Below are positions 10,272-20,091 of a stretch of DNA of 64,000 nt, piece by piece; within the stretch, counting starts at the first letter, position 1, and every line of letters begins with the position of its first letter. The stretch spans positions 4,095,513 through 4,159,512 of the forward strand of contig OY968796.1 in NCBI GenBank assembly GCA_963695545.1. The letters run 5' to 3'. This DNA is from Terriglobia bacterium. GTDB taxonomy: Bacteria > Acidobacteriota > Terriglobia > Acidiferrales > UBA7541. Position numbers and translations under genes: made by a program. The notes beneath the pieces are model-generated. The model did no database searches, was not told the origin of the DNA, and was given only the letters and a program-made list of their open reading frames with translations.

Positions 10272-10743
10272 TGCATGTGATCCGCAGACTTACACCTTCG
10301 CCGCTCGAAGCGCCCCGTACCTCCCCGATCCACCGGCGTTCAAACCACACCTATCCGTAGAAAATCGTCTCTCCAAACCTTTTCTTTTCAACCTCATCCA
10401 CATCTCTCCAGAGGCGTGCACAACACATTGAAAAAACCAGACATAGCCATTTTCGTAACCGACTTGTTTTCAATCAATTGCGCACTCCTACCCCACTCTT
10501 CTCCCGGAAATCCCCTATTTTCATCTTCTTACGCAAAACGTACCCGGGGTGTGGGGGGTGCGACGCATCCAAGTACAAAATCGCCCCGCTCCGCTCGAGC
10601 CTCGCCACCGAAATAATATGACCGCGACCTCGGACATCTCGCTTTTCTGCCTCGACGCCGGCGAAGCCCCCCTCCCGCGCCTCGCGTGCGCCGCGCTTCT
10701 CTGCGAATCGCCGGCGCCCGCACGATTCTGCTATCCTGAAATC

Positions 10744-11625
10744 GTGCGCATCCAGAAATTCCTGGTCTTCCTCCCGATGATCGCGGCCGGAGCCTTGCTC
10801 GCCCGCGCCGGCGCCGCTTCCCAAACGATTCCCCCGCCGCCCGCCGCGAATGCCGCTCCGAGCGCGCCGCAAACTGCTCCGCCCGCCGCGCCCACCACCG
10901 CCGCCGTCGCCGCGCCATTCGTCGTGGTCCTCGATCCCGCGCACGGCGGGGCCGATCCCGGCGCACACGGCTCGACGGGCATCAACGAAAGTGACGTCGT
11001 GCTTTCCTTCGCCCGCCAAGTGCGCTCCGCTCTCCAGGAACAAGGCATCGTTGTCTTGATGACGCGCGACGCGGACATCGATCCTTCCTTTGACGACCGT
11101 TCCGCCGTCGCGAACGCCCAGCCCCACGCCATTTTCATCAGCCTGCACGTCGCTTCCACCGGCATACCCGGCACCGTGCGCGTCTATTCCCTGCCGATGG
11201 TTTCATCGCAGTCCACTGCACCGGCGCCGGCCCAATCCGCCGCGGGATTCTTGCCCCCTCCAATCGCCTCGCCAAATCCGCACCCCGGCCTGCGCACCTG
11301 GGACAACGCGCAAGACTCTTTTCTCGATCTCAGCCACAGCCTCGCCGAAATTTTGCAAGCGCAACTCGCGCTGCGCTTCCGCGGATCGCCGACAGCGCCT
11401 GCCGCCGTCGCCGTGCGTCAACTGCGCACCATCGCCGCTCCCGCCGTGGCCATCGAACTTTCCAGTGTCTCCGTCGCCGATCGCAGACAACTCGACGTGA
11501 TGACCGGTCCCTTGGCCGACGCCATCGTTCGTGCGGTATTGGAGTTTGAGCCGCTGGACTCCATCACCGGCAGCTCCGGCGCAATCCTCGCCGCCGCGGC
11601 CGCGCCTCCCGCAGGAGCGCACTGA
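10744..11625 (+). CDS. N-acetylmuramoyl-L-alanine amidase (Amidase_3)
   Basis: VVLDPAHGGADPG, MTRD, FISLH and AVAIE motifs; signal peptide; GTG start assumed. Confidence 0.85.
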   Translation: MRIQKFLVFLPMIAAGALLARAGAASQTIPPPPAANAAPSAPQTAPPAAPTTAAVAAPFVVVLDPAHGGADPGAHGSTGINESDVVLSFARQVRSALQEQGIVVLMTRDADIDPSFDDRSAVANAQPHAIFISLHVASTGIPGTVRVYSLPMVSSQSTAPAPAQSAAGFLPPPIASPNPHPGLRTWDNAQDSFLDLSHSLAEILQAQLALRFRGSPTAPAAVAVRQLRTIAAPAVAIELSSVSVADRRQLDVMTGPLADAIVRAVLEFEPLDSITGSSGAILAAAAAPPAGAH

Positions 11626-12290
11626 TGTCGCGCCGCGGAATCATCGCCACGCTGATTCTCGCCGCGCTCGTGGTCGTCGGCGTGTTCGAGTTTTCGGGAC
11701 TGCGCCGCCGCGTCTCGGGCCTCAGCAGCGAACAAGCCACTGAAGCCGAAGCGCGCCGCGATGTCGTCGCGCCCCAAATTTCCACGCCCACTGACGTGCA
11801 GTCGCCCGCGCAAATGTTCTGGCTCGCGATCGGCTCCTCGGACACGCTCGCACCTTCGACCATCCAGCTTCCGCTCTCGAACGATCCTGTCCAGCGCGCG
11901 AAGCAAGTCCTCGCCGCACTCATCACCCAAGCGCCCACCGCGGCCCAGCGCACTTTGCCCGCCGATGCCACGTTGCTTCAGTTCTACATCTTGCCGGACG
12001 GTACCGCGATCGCCGATTTCTCCGACGAACTCGCCAGCGAAACGCCCTCCGGCATCCTAAGCGAACAATTGGCCGTCGATTCGATCACGCGCACTCTCGC
12101 CGCGAACGTCAGCTCCATCGCGCGCCTGAAAATTCTGATTCACGGCCAGGAAGCCGATACCCTCGCTGGCCACGTCGATCTCACCGGATTTTTCGCGGTC
12201 GGCAAGCAGCCCGCCCCGTCGGCGGCATCGACCGCGCAAGTTGCGCCGCTGGCGCCGGCCGCACCGCCTGCGCCGGCGGCGAATCCGTAA
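11625..12290 (+). CDS. GerMN domain protein
   Basis: N-terminal TM helix; AIADFS...SGILSEQLAVDSITRTL...TLAGHVDL; typical amidase-GerMN-rph gene order. Confidence 0.8.
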   Translation: MSRRGIIATLILAALVVVGVFEFSGLRRRVSGLSSEQATEAEARRDVVAPQISTPTDVQSPAQMFWLAIGSSDTLAPSTIQLPLSNDPVQRAKQVLAALITQAPTAAQRTLPADATLLQFYILPDGTAIADFSDELASETPSGILSEQLAVDSITRTLAANVSSIARLKILIHGQEADTLAGHVDLTGFFAVGKQPAPSAASTAQVAPLAPAAPPAPAANP

Positions 12291-12369
12291 CCGCAAGTTG
12301 ACACCGCGTCGAGTGCCCGGCACACTCGCGCGGTAATCGGTGACGCAGCAAGAAGTAAAAGGAGACGTT

Positions 12370-13110
12370 GTGCGCAGCGACGGACGAGCAGCGGATCAAA
12401 TGCGCGCGGTAAAAATCACGCCGGATTTCGTCCCCACGGCCGAAGGCAGCGTGCTCATCGAAATCGGCCGCACGCGCGTGATTTGCACCGCGACCGTCGC
12501 CGACGGCGTGCCGCAATTCATGAAGGGCTCCGGCAAAGGCTGGGTCACCGGCGAATACGGCATGCTGCCGCGCGCAACCGAGCAACGCACTCCGCGAGAG
12601 TCCTCGCGCGGCAAACAATCCGGCCGCACGCTTGAAATCCAGCGCCTCATCGGCCGCTCTCTCCGCGCCGTCACCGACGCCGAAAAACTCGGCGAGCGCA
12701 CCATCTGGCTCGATTGCGACGTCATCGAAGCCGATGGCGGCACGCGTACCGCCTCCATCACCGGCGCGTTCATCGCGCTCGCGCTCTCGCTCGAACGATT
12801 GGTCGCCGCCGGCATTATCAAAACCGTTCCGCTCACCGACTCCGTCGCCGCCACCAGCGTGGGCATCGTCGATGGCGCCGCGCTCCTCGATTTGGCTTAC
12901 GAGGAAGATTCGCGCGCCGAAGTCGATATGAACGTGGTCATGACTGGCTCCGGCAAATTCGCCGAAATCCAGGCCACGGCCGAAGGACGCCCTTTCGGCG
13001 GCGATCAGTTGCACGATCTTCTCGCGCTCGCCGCCGCGGGTATCCGCCGACTCACCGAACAGCAGCAATCGCTGGTGCAAATGAATTTCCGTGCCCGCCC
13101 GAATCGCTAA
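12370..13110 (+). CDS. rph: Ribonuclease PH
   Basis: [37 protein letters not shown] and DLAYEEDS motifs; AAGGAG RBS before the GTG. Confidence 0.96.
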   Translation: MRSDGRAADQMRAVKITPDFVPTAEGSVLIEIGRTRVICTATVADGVPQFMKGSGKGWVTGEYGMLPRATEQRTPRESSRGKQSGRTLEIQRLIGRSLRAVTDAEKLGERTIWLDCDVIEADGGTRTASITGAFIALALSLERLVAAGIIKTVPLTDSVAATSVGIVDGAALLDLAYEEDSRAEVDMNVVMTGSGKFAEIQATAEGRPFGGDQLHDLLALAAAGIRRLTEQQQSLVQMNFRARPNR

Positions 13111-13780
13111 CGCCACGCTGTATCTCGCGACGTCGAATCGCGGCAAACTCGATGAAGTCCGCGCGTTAGCCGAAGCATCGCCGTTTCAAATCGCGGCACT
13201 GCCCGAAATCTCATCGCTCGCGGCGTTCGATGAAATCTATCCGACGTTCGCCGAAAACGCCGCCGGCAAAGCACTCCATTACAGCCGCTCGACCGACGAA
13301 ATGGTTTTGGCCGACGATTCCGGCCTCGTCGTTCCCGCTCTCGGCGGCGCTCCCGGCGTGCATTCCGCGCGCTACGCCGGCCCCAGCGCCACCGACGCCG
13401 ATCGCGTCGCAAAGTTGCTGGATGCCATGCGCGGTCGCTCTGGTGACGAGCGGCAAGCCTACTTCGTGTGCGTAATCGCAGTCGCACAGCACGGTATCGC
13501 TCGCGCTATCGTTTCCGCACAAGCCGACGGCGTGCTCCTCGATCACGCCGAAGGTTCCGGCGGCTTCGGCTACGATCCAATCTTCTTTTTCCCGCCGCTG
13601 GGCAAGACATTCGCGGAGATCTCGCGCGAAGAAAAGAATTTGTGCAGTCATCGCGGCGTCGCGTTTCGTAAGGCTGTCGAGTTTCTCGCCAATGAACTTC
13701 GTGTAGCCGCGCCCGAGGCACAGCGCGAGGAGGCAAATCAGGACGATGATGGCGTGTGGTACAGTCCTCGCCCAAAATGA
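13091..13780 (+). CDS. rdgB: Non-canonical purine NTP pyrophosphatase (RdgB/HAM1)
   Basis: [28 protein letters not shown] and SHR motifs. Confidence 0.93.
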   Translation: MPARIANATLYLATSNRGKLDEVRALAEASPFQIAALPEISSLAAFDEIYPTFAENAAGKALHYSRSTDEMVLADDSGLVVPALGGAPGVHSARYAGPSATDADRVAKLLDAMRGRSGDERQAYFVCVIAVAQHGIARAIVSAQADGVLLDHAEGSGGFGYDPIFFFPPLGKTFAEISREEKNLCSHRGVAFRKAVEFLANELRVAAPEAQREEANQDDDGVWYSPRPK

Positions 13781-14553
13781 AAACCATGAAAACAAAAAAG
13801 TCCAAGACGAAAAAAGCTCCGCCGACGAAGGCAAAGAAAAATCAGCCGCGCAAGCCCGCCGCCACGCAGCGCCGCGCTAAAGCCTCAGCCATCCAGACGG
13901 CGACCAGAGCTGCGGGCGCGACGCCGGCGCGCGTGCGGGCCATCCTCGAAAAACTCGATGAAGCATATCCGCAAGTGACCTGCGCGCTCGATCACGAAGA
14001 CGCGTTCCAGTTGTTGATCTCAACCATATTGTCCGCGCAATGCACAGACGTGCGCGTCAATCAGGTGACCGCGACGCTGTACCCCAAATATCCGACGCCG
14101 AAGCATTTCGCCTACGCCAATCCGCGCGAACTTGAACAGGACATCCGTCCCACCGGATTTTTCCGCAACAAAACGAAATCGATCATGGGCGCGAGCCGCA
14201 AAATCGTCGAAGAATTCGCCGGCGAAGTGCCGCGCACGATGGAGATCTTGCTGACCCTGCCCGGCGTGGCGCGCAAAACGGCGAATGTCGTCCTCGGCAC
14301 AGCGTTTGGAATTGCGGACGGCGTCGTCGTTGACACCCATGTGCAGCGGCTTGCCGGCCGGCTCGACCTTACGCGCAACACCGATCCAAAAAAAATCGAG
14401 CAGGATTTGATGCAGGTGATTCCGCGCGAAAAATGGATTCTATTCGCGCACCAACTGATCTGGCATGGCCGCAAGGTTTGCGTGGCGCGCAAGCCGCGCT
14501 GCGCCGAATGCAATCTCCAGCGCATCTGCTATTCAAAGGATAAAACGATTTGA
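13777..14553 (+). CDS. nth: Endonuclease III
   Basis: LSAQCTD, HhH motif LPGVARKTA, VDTHV and a C-terminal 4Fe-4S cysteine cluster; ATGA overlap with rdgB. Confidence 0.95.
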   Translation: MKTMKTKKSKTKKAPPTKAKKNQPRKPAATQRRAKASAIQTATRAAGATPARVRAILEKLDEAYPQVTCALDHEDAFQLLISTILSAQCTDVRVNQVTATLYPKYPTPKHFAYANPRELEQDIRPTGFFRNKTKSIMGASRKIVEEFAGEVPRTMEILLTLPGVARKTANVVLGTAFGIADGVVVDTHVQRLAGRLDLTRNTDPKKIEQDLMQVIPREKWILFAHQLIWHGRKVCVARKPRCAECNLQRICYSKDKTI

Positions 14554-14584
14554 CGCCGCGATGCCACGATCGTCGCGCGATAAA

Positions 14585-15973
14585 TCAGCGGCTGAGCGCC
14601 CCTTCCGCTTCCAGGCGCATCCGATCCGCGTCGGAATAAACCACGGTTTTTCGCGGATCGACGAAAACGAAACACACCCCGGCGATAAAAAACATCGCCG
14701 CATAGTAGTACAGCGAAACTTTCCAATTCGGATGACTCGCCGTGCCGAAGAACATCGCAAGCTGCACCACGATCGGCACCGAAAGCACTTGGCTCAAGTT
14801 GCCGAACGAATTCATCAGCCCGGAAACGGTCCCTGCGTAACGATGGCCGATGTCGATCGTGATCGCCCAGGTCGAAGCCATCCCGATATCTTTCGAGAAG
14901 GAGGAAAGGCAAATCGCAGCCAGCGCCCACACCGCGTGATGCGTGGTCACCTTGAACGCGATGAGCATCAGCGTCCCGGCAAAACCGTAGCCGATCGCTC
15001 CGATAAGCGTGCGCCCCCACCGCCGCCCCCAGCGGCGCACCAGCCGGTCGGTGAGGAATCCGCCGAGGAAACACGCAATTCCGCCAACGAATAGTGGCGA
15101 TCCCGAGGCCAGCGCAAGTTTCATTCCTCGCAGATGTAAATCGCCTTCGAGGTACGGCGTGATCCAGCTCACAAAAAATGACCAGCCCGCGTTGCTGCAG
15201 AAATACATCATCAGCAGAAACCAAATCGTCGGACTAAGCAGTAAGTTGCGCCAGGAAATCGGCGCGGGTTTTCTGGTATCGCGCTTGCCCTCTTCAATCA
15301 GCGCGCGCTCGGCTTCGTTCACTTTCGGATCCTGCTCGGGCGTATCGCGGAATCGCGCCCAGAAGAAAATTACCCAGACCACGCCGATCGCGCCGGTGGC
15401 CACGAAGGTCCAGCGCCAGCCGAATAGTTCCGTGAGCACCAGCAGGAACGGAAACGCGATCGCGCCACCGAATCGCGCCAGCATCCACACGTATCCTTGC
15501 GCGAGTCCGCGCTCACGATAAGGAAACCATTCGCGCGTGGCGCGTGCTATGTTCGGAAACGCACCGGCTTCTCCCGCGCCGATCATGAAGCGGAAAAATA
15601 CCAAGCTCACGAGACTCCACGACGCTCCGGTAAGCGCCGTGAAAAACATCCAGCACAGTACGACGCGCGTCAGGACTTTGCGCGGACCGAAGCGATCGCC
15701 GAGCCAGCCGGTCGGCACCTCGAATAGAGCATAGGAAAGCGTGAACGCGGCGATTGCATACGCCGTGCGCGCGGGAGTGAGATGCAGATCGAATTCTATG
15801 TTCTCGCGGAGCTGGCCGCTGATTCCGACGCGCCCGATGTAGGTGAAAACCGAAAGGCAGCACAGCCACGCGAGCACTTTCCAGCGCTCCCACGTCGGGC
15901 CCGCGCCGGAGGAAACCAAAGCGCGGGTGTCGGCGACGCCATCCTCGAACTCGAAGGAGGAGCCGGAACTCAT
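14585..15973 (-). CDS. MFS transporter (ACS family, sugar-acid type)
   Basis: GWLGDRFGPR and GAGEAGAFP motifs; multiple TM helices; last gene of the sugar-acid operon. Confidence 0.88.
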   Translation of the reverse strand: MSSGSSFEFEDGVADTRALVSSGAGPTWERWKVLAWLCCLSVFTYIGRVGISGQLRENIEFDLHLTPARTAYAIAAFTLSYALFEVPTGWLGDRFGPRKVLTRVVLCWMFFTALTGASWSLVSLVFFRFMIGAGEAGAFPNIARATREWFPYRERGLAQGYVWMLARFGGAIAFPFLLVLTELFGWRWTFVATGAIGVVWVIFFWARFRDTPEQDPKVNEAERALIEEGKRDTRKPAPISWRNLLLSPTIWFLLMMYFCSNAGWSFFVSWITPYLEGDLHLRGMKLALASGSPLFVGGIACFLGGFLTDRLVRRWGRRWGRTLIGAIGYGFAGTLMLIAFKVTTHHAVWALAAICLSSFSKDIGMASTWAITIDIGHRYAGTVSGLMNSFGNLSQVLSVPIVVQLAMFFGTASHPNWKVSLYYYAAMFFIAGVCFVFVDPRKTVVYSDADRMRLEAEGALSR

Positions 15974-15992
15974 GCTTTCTTGACCCGCGCAT

Positions 15993-16904
15993 TCACGGTG
16001 CGAGCACCGGCTTCCAGCGCTCGACCATCGCGCGGACTTCTTCGATTTCGGCTGGACGCAATTTCGGCAGCGGCGGCCGGACCGGTCCGCCGACGAGCCC
16101 CGCGAAATCCATCATCTGTTTCATTACTGTGACTTCGTACCCCTTGCGCCGCGCGCGCATCGCGTAGAGAGGCAGAACGTACTCGCGCATCAAGCGATCC
16201 AATTCTTCTTGGTCGCCGGCGGACGCCGCGGCGTCGAGCAGCAATGGAATCCTCGGCGTCACCGTCGCGATGCTCGAAGTGAAGACGCGGATGCCGATGC
16301 TGTAGTAGCCCGGTACGCTATCGTCACCGATTCCGCCGATCCAATGCAGGCGATCGCCGAGGCGCGCGATGATCTGATGATATCGTCGGATATCGCCTTG
16401 TCCGTCCTTCCAAGCGGCGAGCGTGGGCACGCGCGCGGCGAGACGCTCGACCCACTCGGCGCCGGGGTTCACCCAATCGCGGCTGTAAATAATCAGCGGC
16501 AACGGCGTGGCTTCGCCGATCGCGGCGTAATAATCTGCCAGACCTTCGTCGTCGGCGTTCGGATAATACGGCGGCAGCGCGAGAATCGCATCCGCGCCGG
16601 CGGCCTGCGCTTGCCGCGCAAGATCGATTGCGAGCGCGCGATTGAATCCCGTGCCGGCGATCACCGGAACGCGCCCCGCCACTTCTTCCACGATGGCGCG
16701 CACCACTTCGCCGTGTTCCGCCGGCGAGAGCGAATAAAATTCGCCCGTGCCGCCAGCGGCAACCAGAGCCGCGAGGCGATACCGCATCAAGTGCTGGATA
16801 TTTTTGCGCAGCCCGGCGATGTTGAGCGAAAGATCGGCGTTGAATGGCGTGATAGGAAAAGCGATCACGCCGCGAAGCTTGGTGCGAAATGCTTCAGCGC
16901 TCAC
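15993..16904 (-). CDS. 5-dehydro-4-deoxyglucarate dehydratase (DHDPS family)
   Basis: FPITPF, GGTGEF, LPPYY and KDGQGD motifs. Confidence 0.8.
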   Translation of the reverse strand: MSAEAFRTKLRGVIAFPITPFNADLSLNIAGLRKNIQHLMRYRLAALVAAGGTGEFYSLSPAEHGEVVRAIVEEVAGRVPVIAGTGFNRALAIDLARQAQAAGADAILALPPYYPNADDEGLADYYAAIGEATPLPLIIYSRDWVNPGAEWVERLAARVPTLAAWKDGQGDIRRYHQIIARLGDRLHWIGGIGDDSVPGYYSIGIRVFTSSIATVTPRIPLLLDAAASAGDQEELDRLMREYVLPLYAMRARRKGYEVTVMKQMMDFAGLVGGPVRPPLPKLRPAEIEEVRAMVERWKPVLAP

Positions 16905-16907
16905 GGT

Positions 16908-18218
16908 TCACCACCGAGGAAGAATTCGTTGCCAATTCGGATCCACATATTTGCGCATTTCCGCCGCGTCGTCACGATTGCGATACGCGCACTTCGCATA
17001 GCGCTCGCGGCCGCGAGCGACTTGGTCGTAATCGAGTTCGACGCCAAGGCCCGGCCGATCCGGAATGCGCACGCACCCATTCTCGAATCGAATCCGGCCG
17101 CCGGCCACCACCTCGTCTTGCTCCGATTGCCAAGGATAATGCGTGTCGCAGGCGTAGGAAAGATGCGGAGTAGCCGCCGCGGCGTGGGTCATGGCCATCA
17201 GCGAAATCCCGAGATGCGAATTTGAATGCATCGAAAGGCCGAGGCCGAATGTGCGGCAAACTTTTCCCAAATGCTGCACTTGCTGCACGCCGCCCCAATA
17301 ATGCGGATCGCACAGAACAATTTGGACCGCATCGCTGCGAACGCTCGCGGGAATGTCGGCGAACGACGTTACGGCTACGTTGCTCGCCAGCGGCGTCGCG
17401 TTTGACTCGGCGAGCAGGCGGCGCCGCACTTCAGCCATTCCGTCGAGACCCGCCGTGGGATCTTCGAGATAACCGCCGCCGGAAAGTTCCGCGACGAGCG
17501 ATCGTCCAACGCAAACCGAAGTCTCGACCGACCACGCGCAATTCGGATCCAGTCGCAAGGGCACCTCGGGGCCGAACGCCGTACGGAGTTGCCGGATGGT
17601 TTCGATTTCTATATCGGGATCGAGCACGCCGGCCTTGAGTTTTACGTCGCGGAAACCGTATTCGGCCATCATCTGGCGAACCTGGCGCACCAGCGCTTCG
17701 GGCGTGAGCGCTTCGCCGTAAATATCTTCACGCGCGTCGGCGCCTTCCCCGCCGCCGCCGGCGTGTTTGTAAAATGCGTACGCGGAAAATGGCACGGCGT
17801 CGCGCGCGCGGCCGCCCAAAAGATCGCACGCGGGTCGGCTTACAGATTTTCCGATGAGATCGAGACACGCGATTTCGATCGCGGAATAAAGTCGCGCGGC
17901 TTCGTCGAGCGGATTTTCGCCGGGAACGTGAAAGGTCTGTGAGCGATCCTGGCCGGCACGGTTCGGATCTTCTTCAATCATCGGCAGCAGGGTGCCGGCG
18001 ACGCGATAAGGATCGGCGCCGCGGAGCTGCGGCCCGAGCGCGCGGAACGCCTGAGCGATCGCATCGCCGCCGTGCGTTTCGGCGAGGCCGATGGTTCCGT
18101 CGTCGCTTTTGAGCTCGAGAATCGTGCGCAGCGCGTATGGTGCGTGCCGCCCGTAGGAGCTGCGCAACGGCGGATCGGCGATGGCGATGGAATGGACCGT
18201 CAGATCAACAATTTTCAC
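16908..18218 (-). CDS. Glucarate dehydratase-related enolase-superfamily protein
   Basis: KLKAGV, LDPN, LEDP, SMHSNSH and CDTHYPW motifs; AGGAG RBS before the GTG at 18218. Confidence 0.82.
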   Translation of the reverse strand: MKIVDLTVHSIAIADPPLRSSYGRHAPYALRTILELKSDDGTIGLAETHGGDAIAQAFRALGPQLRGADPYRVAGTLLPMIEEDPNRAGQDRSQTFHVPGENPLDEAARLYSAIEIACLDLIGKSVSRPACDLLGGRARDAVPFSAYAFYKHAGGGGEGADAREDIYGEALTPEALVRQVRQMMAEYGFRDVKLKAGVLDPDIEIETIRQLRTAFGPEVPLRLDPNCAWSVETSVCVGRSLVAELSGGGYLEDPTAGLDGMAEVRRRLLAESNATPLASNVAVTSFADIPASVRSDAVQIVLCDPHYWGGVQQVQHLGKVCRTFGLGLSMHSNSHLGISLMAMTHAAAATPHLSYACDTHYPWQSEQDEVVAGGRIRFENGCVRIPDRPGLGVELDYDQVARGRERYAKCAYRNRDDAAEMRKYVDPNWQRILPRW

Positions 18219-18321
18219 CGGCGCTCCTGCGAATGTCCCGCGGCGCGGAGCGTATGTCGTGTGCGAGCGAGGCACGCCGTGAGACCCGGGAGATGATACA
18301 GGAAACTTTCTCGCGCGGCAC

Positions 18322-20019
18322 TCAGGCTTCGATGCGCGGATCTGGAACGGCGCGGCCGACAGCGAAGTGATAGATCACTTGGCGAGGCAGCGTACGAGCG
18401 TCAGCGCTCGTCGCTTCCTCGCCGAGAAAACCAAGATAGCGGTGCACATCGTCATCGTAAAAGGCGCCGATTCCTGTCGCGTTCCAGCCCAGCGCTTCCG
18501 CGCCGACGTAAAGTCGTTGTCCGATTGCGCCCGCTTCAAAATGCGCGTAGCGATACCCGCGATTGCCGAACACACGCGCGGCACGAGCGAGATCCGCGAT
18601 CATTGAAACGGCGAAGCATGCGTTGCCGGCGAGCGGCTGCTCCAGACTGAGAAATGCCGCGATGCGCTCGACGTTGCCGCTGTGAAGTTGCTCGAGCTCG
18701 CGGCGCGCGGCATGCCAGCGGTAAACGCCAGGCTCGCAATTGCGCACGCGATGAACATAAAGGTAGAGCGATACAAAATCGGCGCCTCGGGATGCGGGCC
18801 TCGCCTCTTCCGCTGCGCCGAAATTTCCGCGCCAATCGGCGCGCCAATCGCGGGTCGCGAAATCGAGCAACTGCTCGAAATCGGCGCGCTCCATCGAATC
18901 CGTGCGCGGATCGAAATCGAGCGCGGAGCGGCGACGCCGAACAGTCGCGCCGAGGGAGGCGTCGCGCGGCGGCTGCGAGGCCGCATCGGCGGGCAGCGCG
19001 GCTTCGGCGAGCGCGGTCGTGGCATCGCTCTCCGGAATGCGCGGAAGCGGGCCCGGCGGATCGAGTAACATCGTCGAGCGATGCATGCCGAGAAGCAACT
19101 CGTAGGAGACTTCTTCGGCGGACAATTCGTTTGGGATCCCTGCGGCGTCATGCAGCGGATTGGACGCAACGCGTTTTACTTGCGTGTTTCGCGGAGGAGG
19201 AAAAATCAAAAACGCCATGGGAGCTTCGTCGCTGTCTTGTCGCAAACCGAGCGTGCGCGCCAAGCGCAGATCACTGAAGTGGGCGGCAACGCTGCCGGAA
19301 ACACCGAGAGCGCGCGCCGCGACGAGCAAGCCGATCATCGCGTGGCCCAAATCGTGGCAGGAATAGCGATAGGCGCGATCGCGATATTTCCACGCTTCAC
19401 GCCAAAAAATCGACGTGAGCGCGACGATCAGCCGCGATTCCGCCGCCCACGGCGCGTCGAGTGCGCGCGCGATTTCGCCGACGCAATTGCCGCCGCGGCG
19501 AAGTTCGAGCGCGTGGCGATCCGCGCGGTAGTGATAGAGGCCGTCGTCGAGCCCCGAGAAATCGCGGATGGCAAGATACGTTTCCGTCGGATGCAAATTT
19601 CCCGAGGACGGATTCACGCGCAGACTGTAGCGATCTTCCGTGCGCGGCACTTTCTTCCAAGCGCTGACGGCCATCGAATGCCACAGGAGACGGCTGAGCC
19701 ACGCCGCGTCGAATCGGATTTCCTCGCGGGAATCGGGCGTACCGCCGTTGTTCTCGGTCAATTCACCTCCCAGCGCCGCCATTGCAGCGAATGCACCGAT
19801 TTCGGGAAGGCTGGGGGCAGCCGGAAGCGCGATGAGTGGTGCGCCTTCGTACGTGCGAAAGGGATTGGGCTGATTGCGCCAATCTAGAAAATGCGCGTTC
19901 GCGCGCACGGAATCGTAGGTGTGCTTGGTCGCTTGATGGTACGCGAACAGGCGCTCGGTATCTTTGTTCACTCCAACGGTTGCCGGATCGCCTTGCGCCT
20001 GGTAGAGGAATCTTGTCAT
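18322..20019 (-). CDS. SagB/ThcOx-like double-domain nitroreductase
   Basis: YHQATKH, RVNPSSGNLHPTE, REAWKY, RRRS and TGIGAFYDD motifs. Confidence 0.85.
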   Translation of the reverse strand: MTRFLYQAQGDPATVGVNKDTERLFAYHQATKHTYDSVRANAHFLDWRNQPNPFRTYEGAPLIALPAAPSLPEIGAFAAMAALGGELTENNGGTPDSREEIRFDAAWLSRLLWHSMAVSAWKKVPRTEDRYSLRVNPSSGNLHPTETYLAIRDFSGLDDGLYHYRADRHALELRRGGNCVGEIARALDAPWAAESRLIVALTSIFWREAWKYRDRAYRYSCHDLGHAMIGLLVAARALGVSGSVAAHFSDLRLARTLGLRQDSDEAPMAFLIFPPPRNTQVKRVASNPLHDAAGIPNELSAEEVSYELLLGMHRSTMLLDPPGPLPRIPESDATTALAEAALPADAASQPPRDASLGATVRRRRSALDFDPRTDSMERADFEQLLDFATRDWRADWRGNFGAAEEARPASRGADFVSLYLYVHRVRNCEPGVYRWHAARRELEQLHSGNVERIAAFLSLEQPLAGNACFAVSMIADLARAARVFGNRGYRYAHFEAGAIGQRLYVGAEALGWNATGIGAFYDDDVHRYLGFLGEEATSADARTLPRQVIYHFAVGRAVPDPRIEA

Positions 20020-20091
20020 CTAATTTCAGTATAATCGGATCGCGGCCACTTCGCGCGGAGCGGGGCGCTCAGAAGGAGTTCACTCAACCAA

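Noticed and set aside
18322..20019. RiPP (TOMM) biosynthetic cluster suggested by the SagB-like gene
   Set aside because: No YcaO cyclodehydratase or precursor peptide nearby; stand-alone nitroreductase family.
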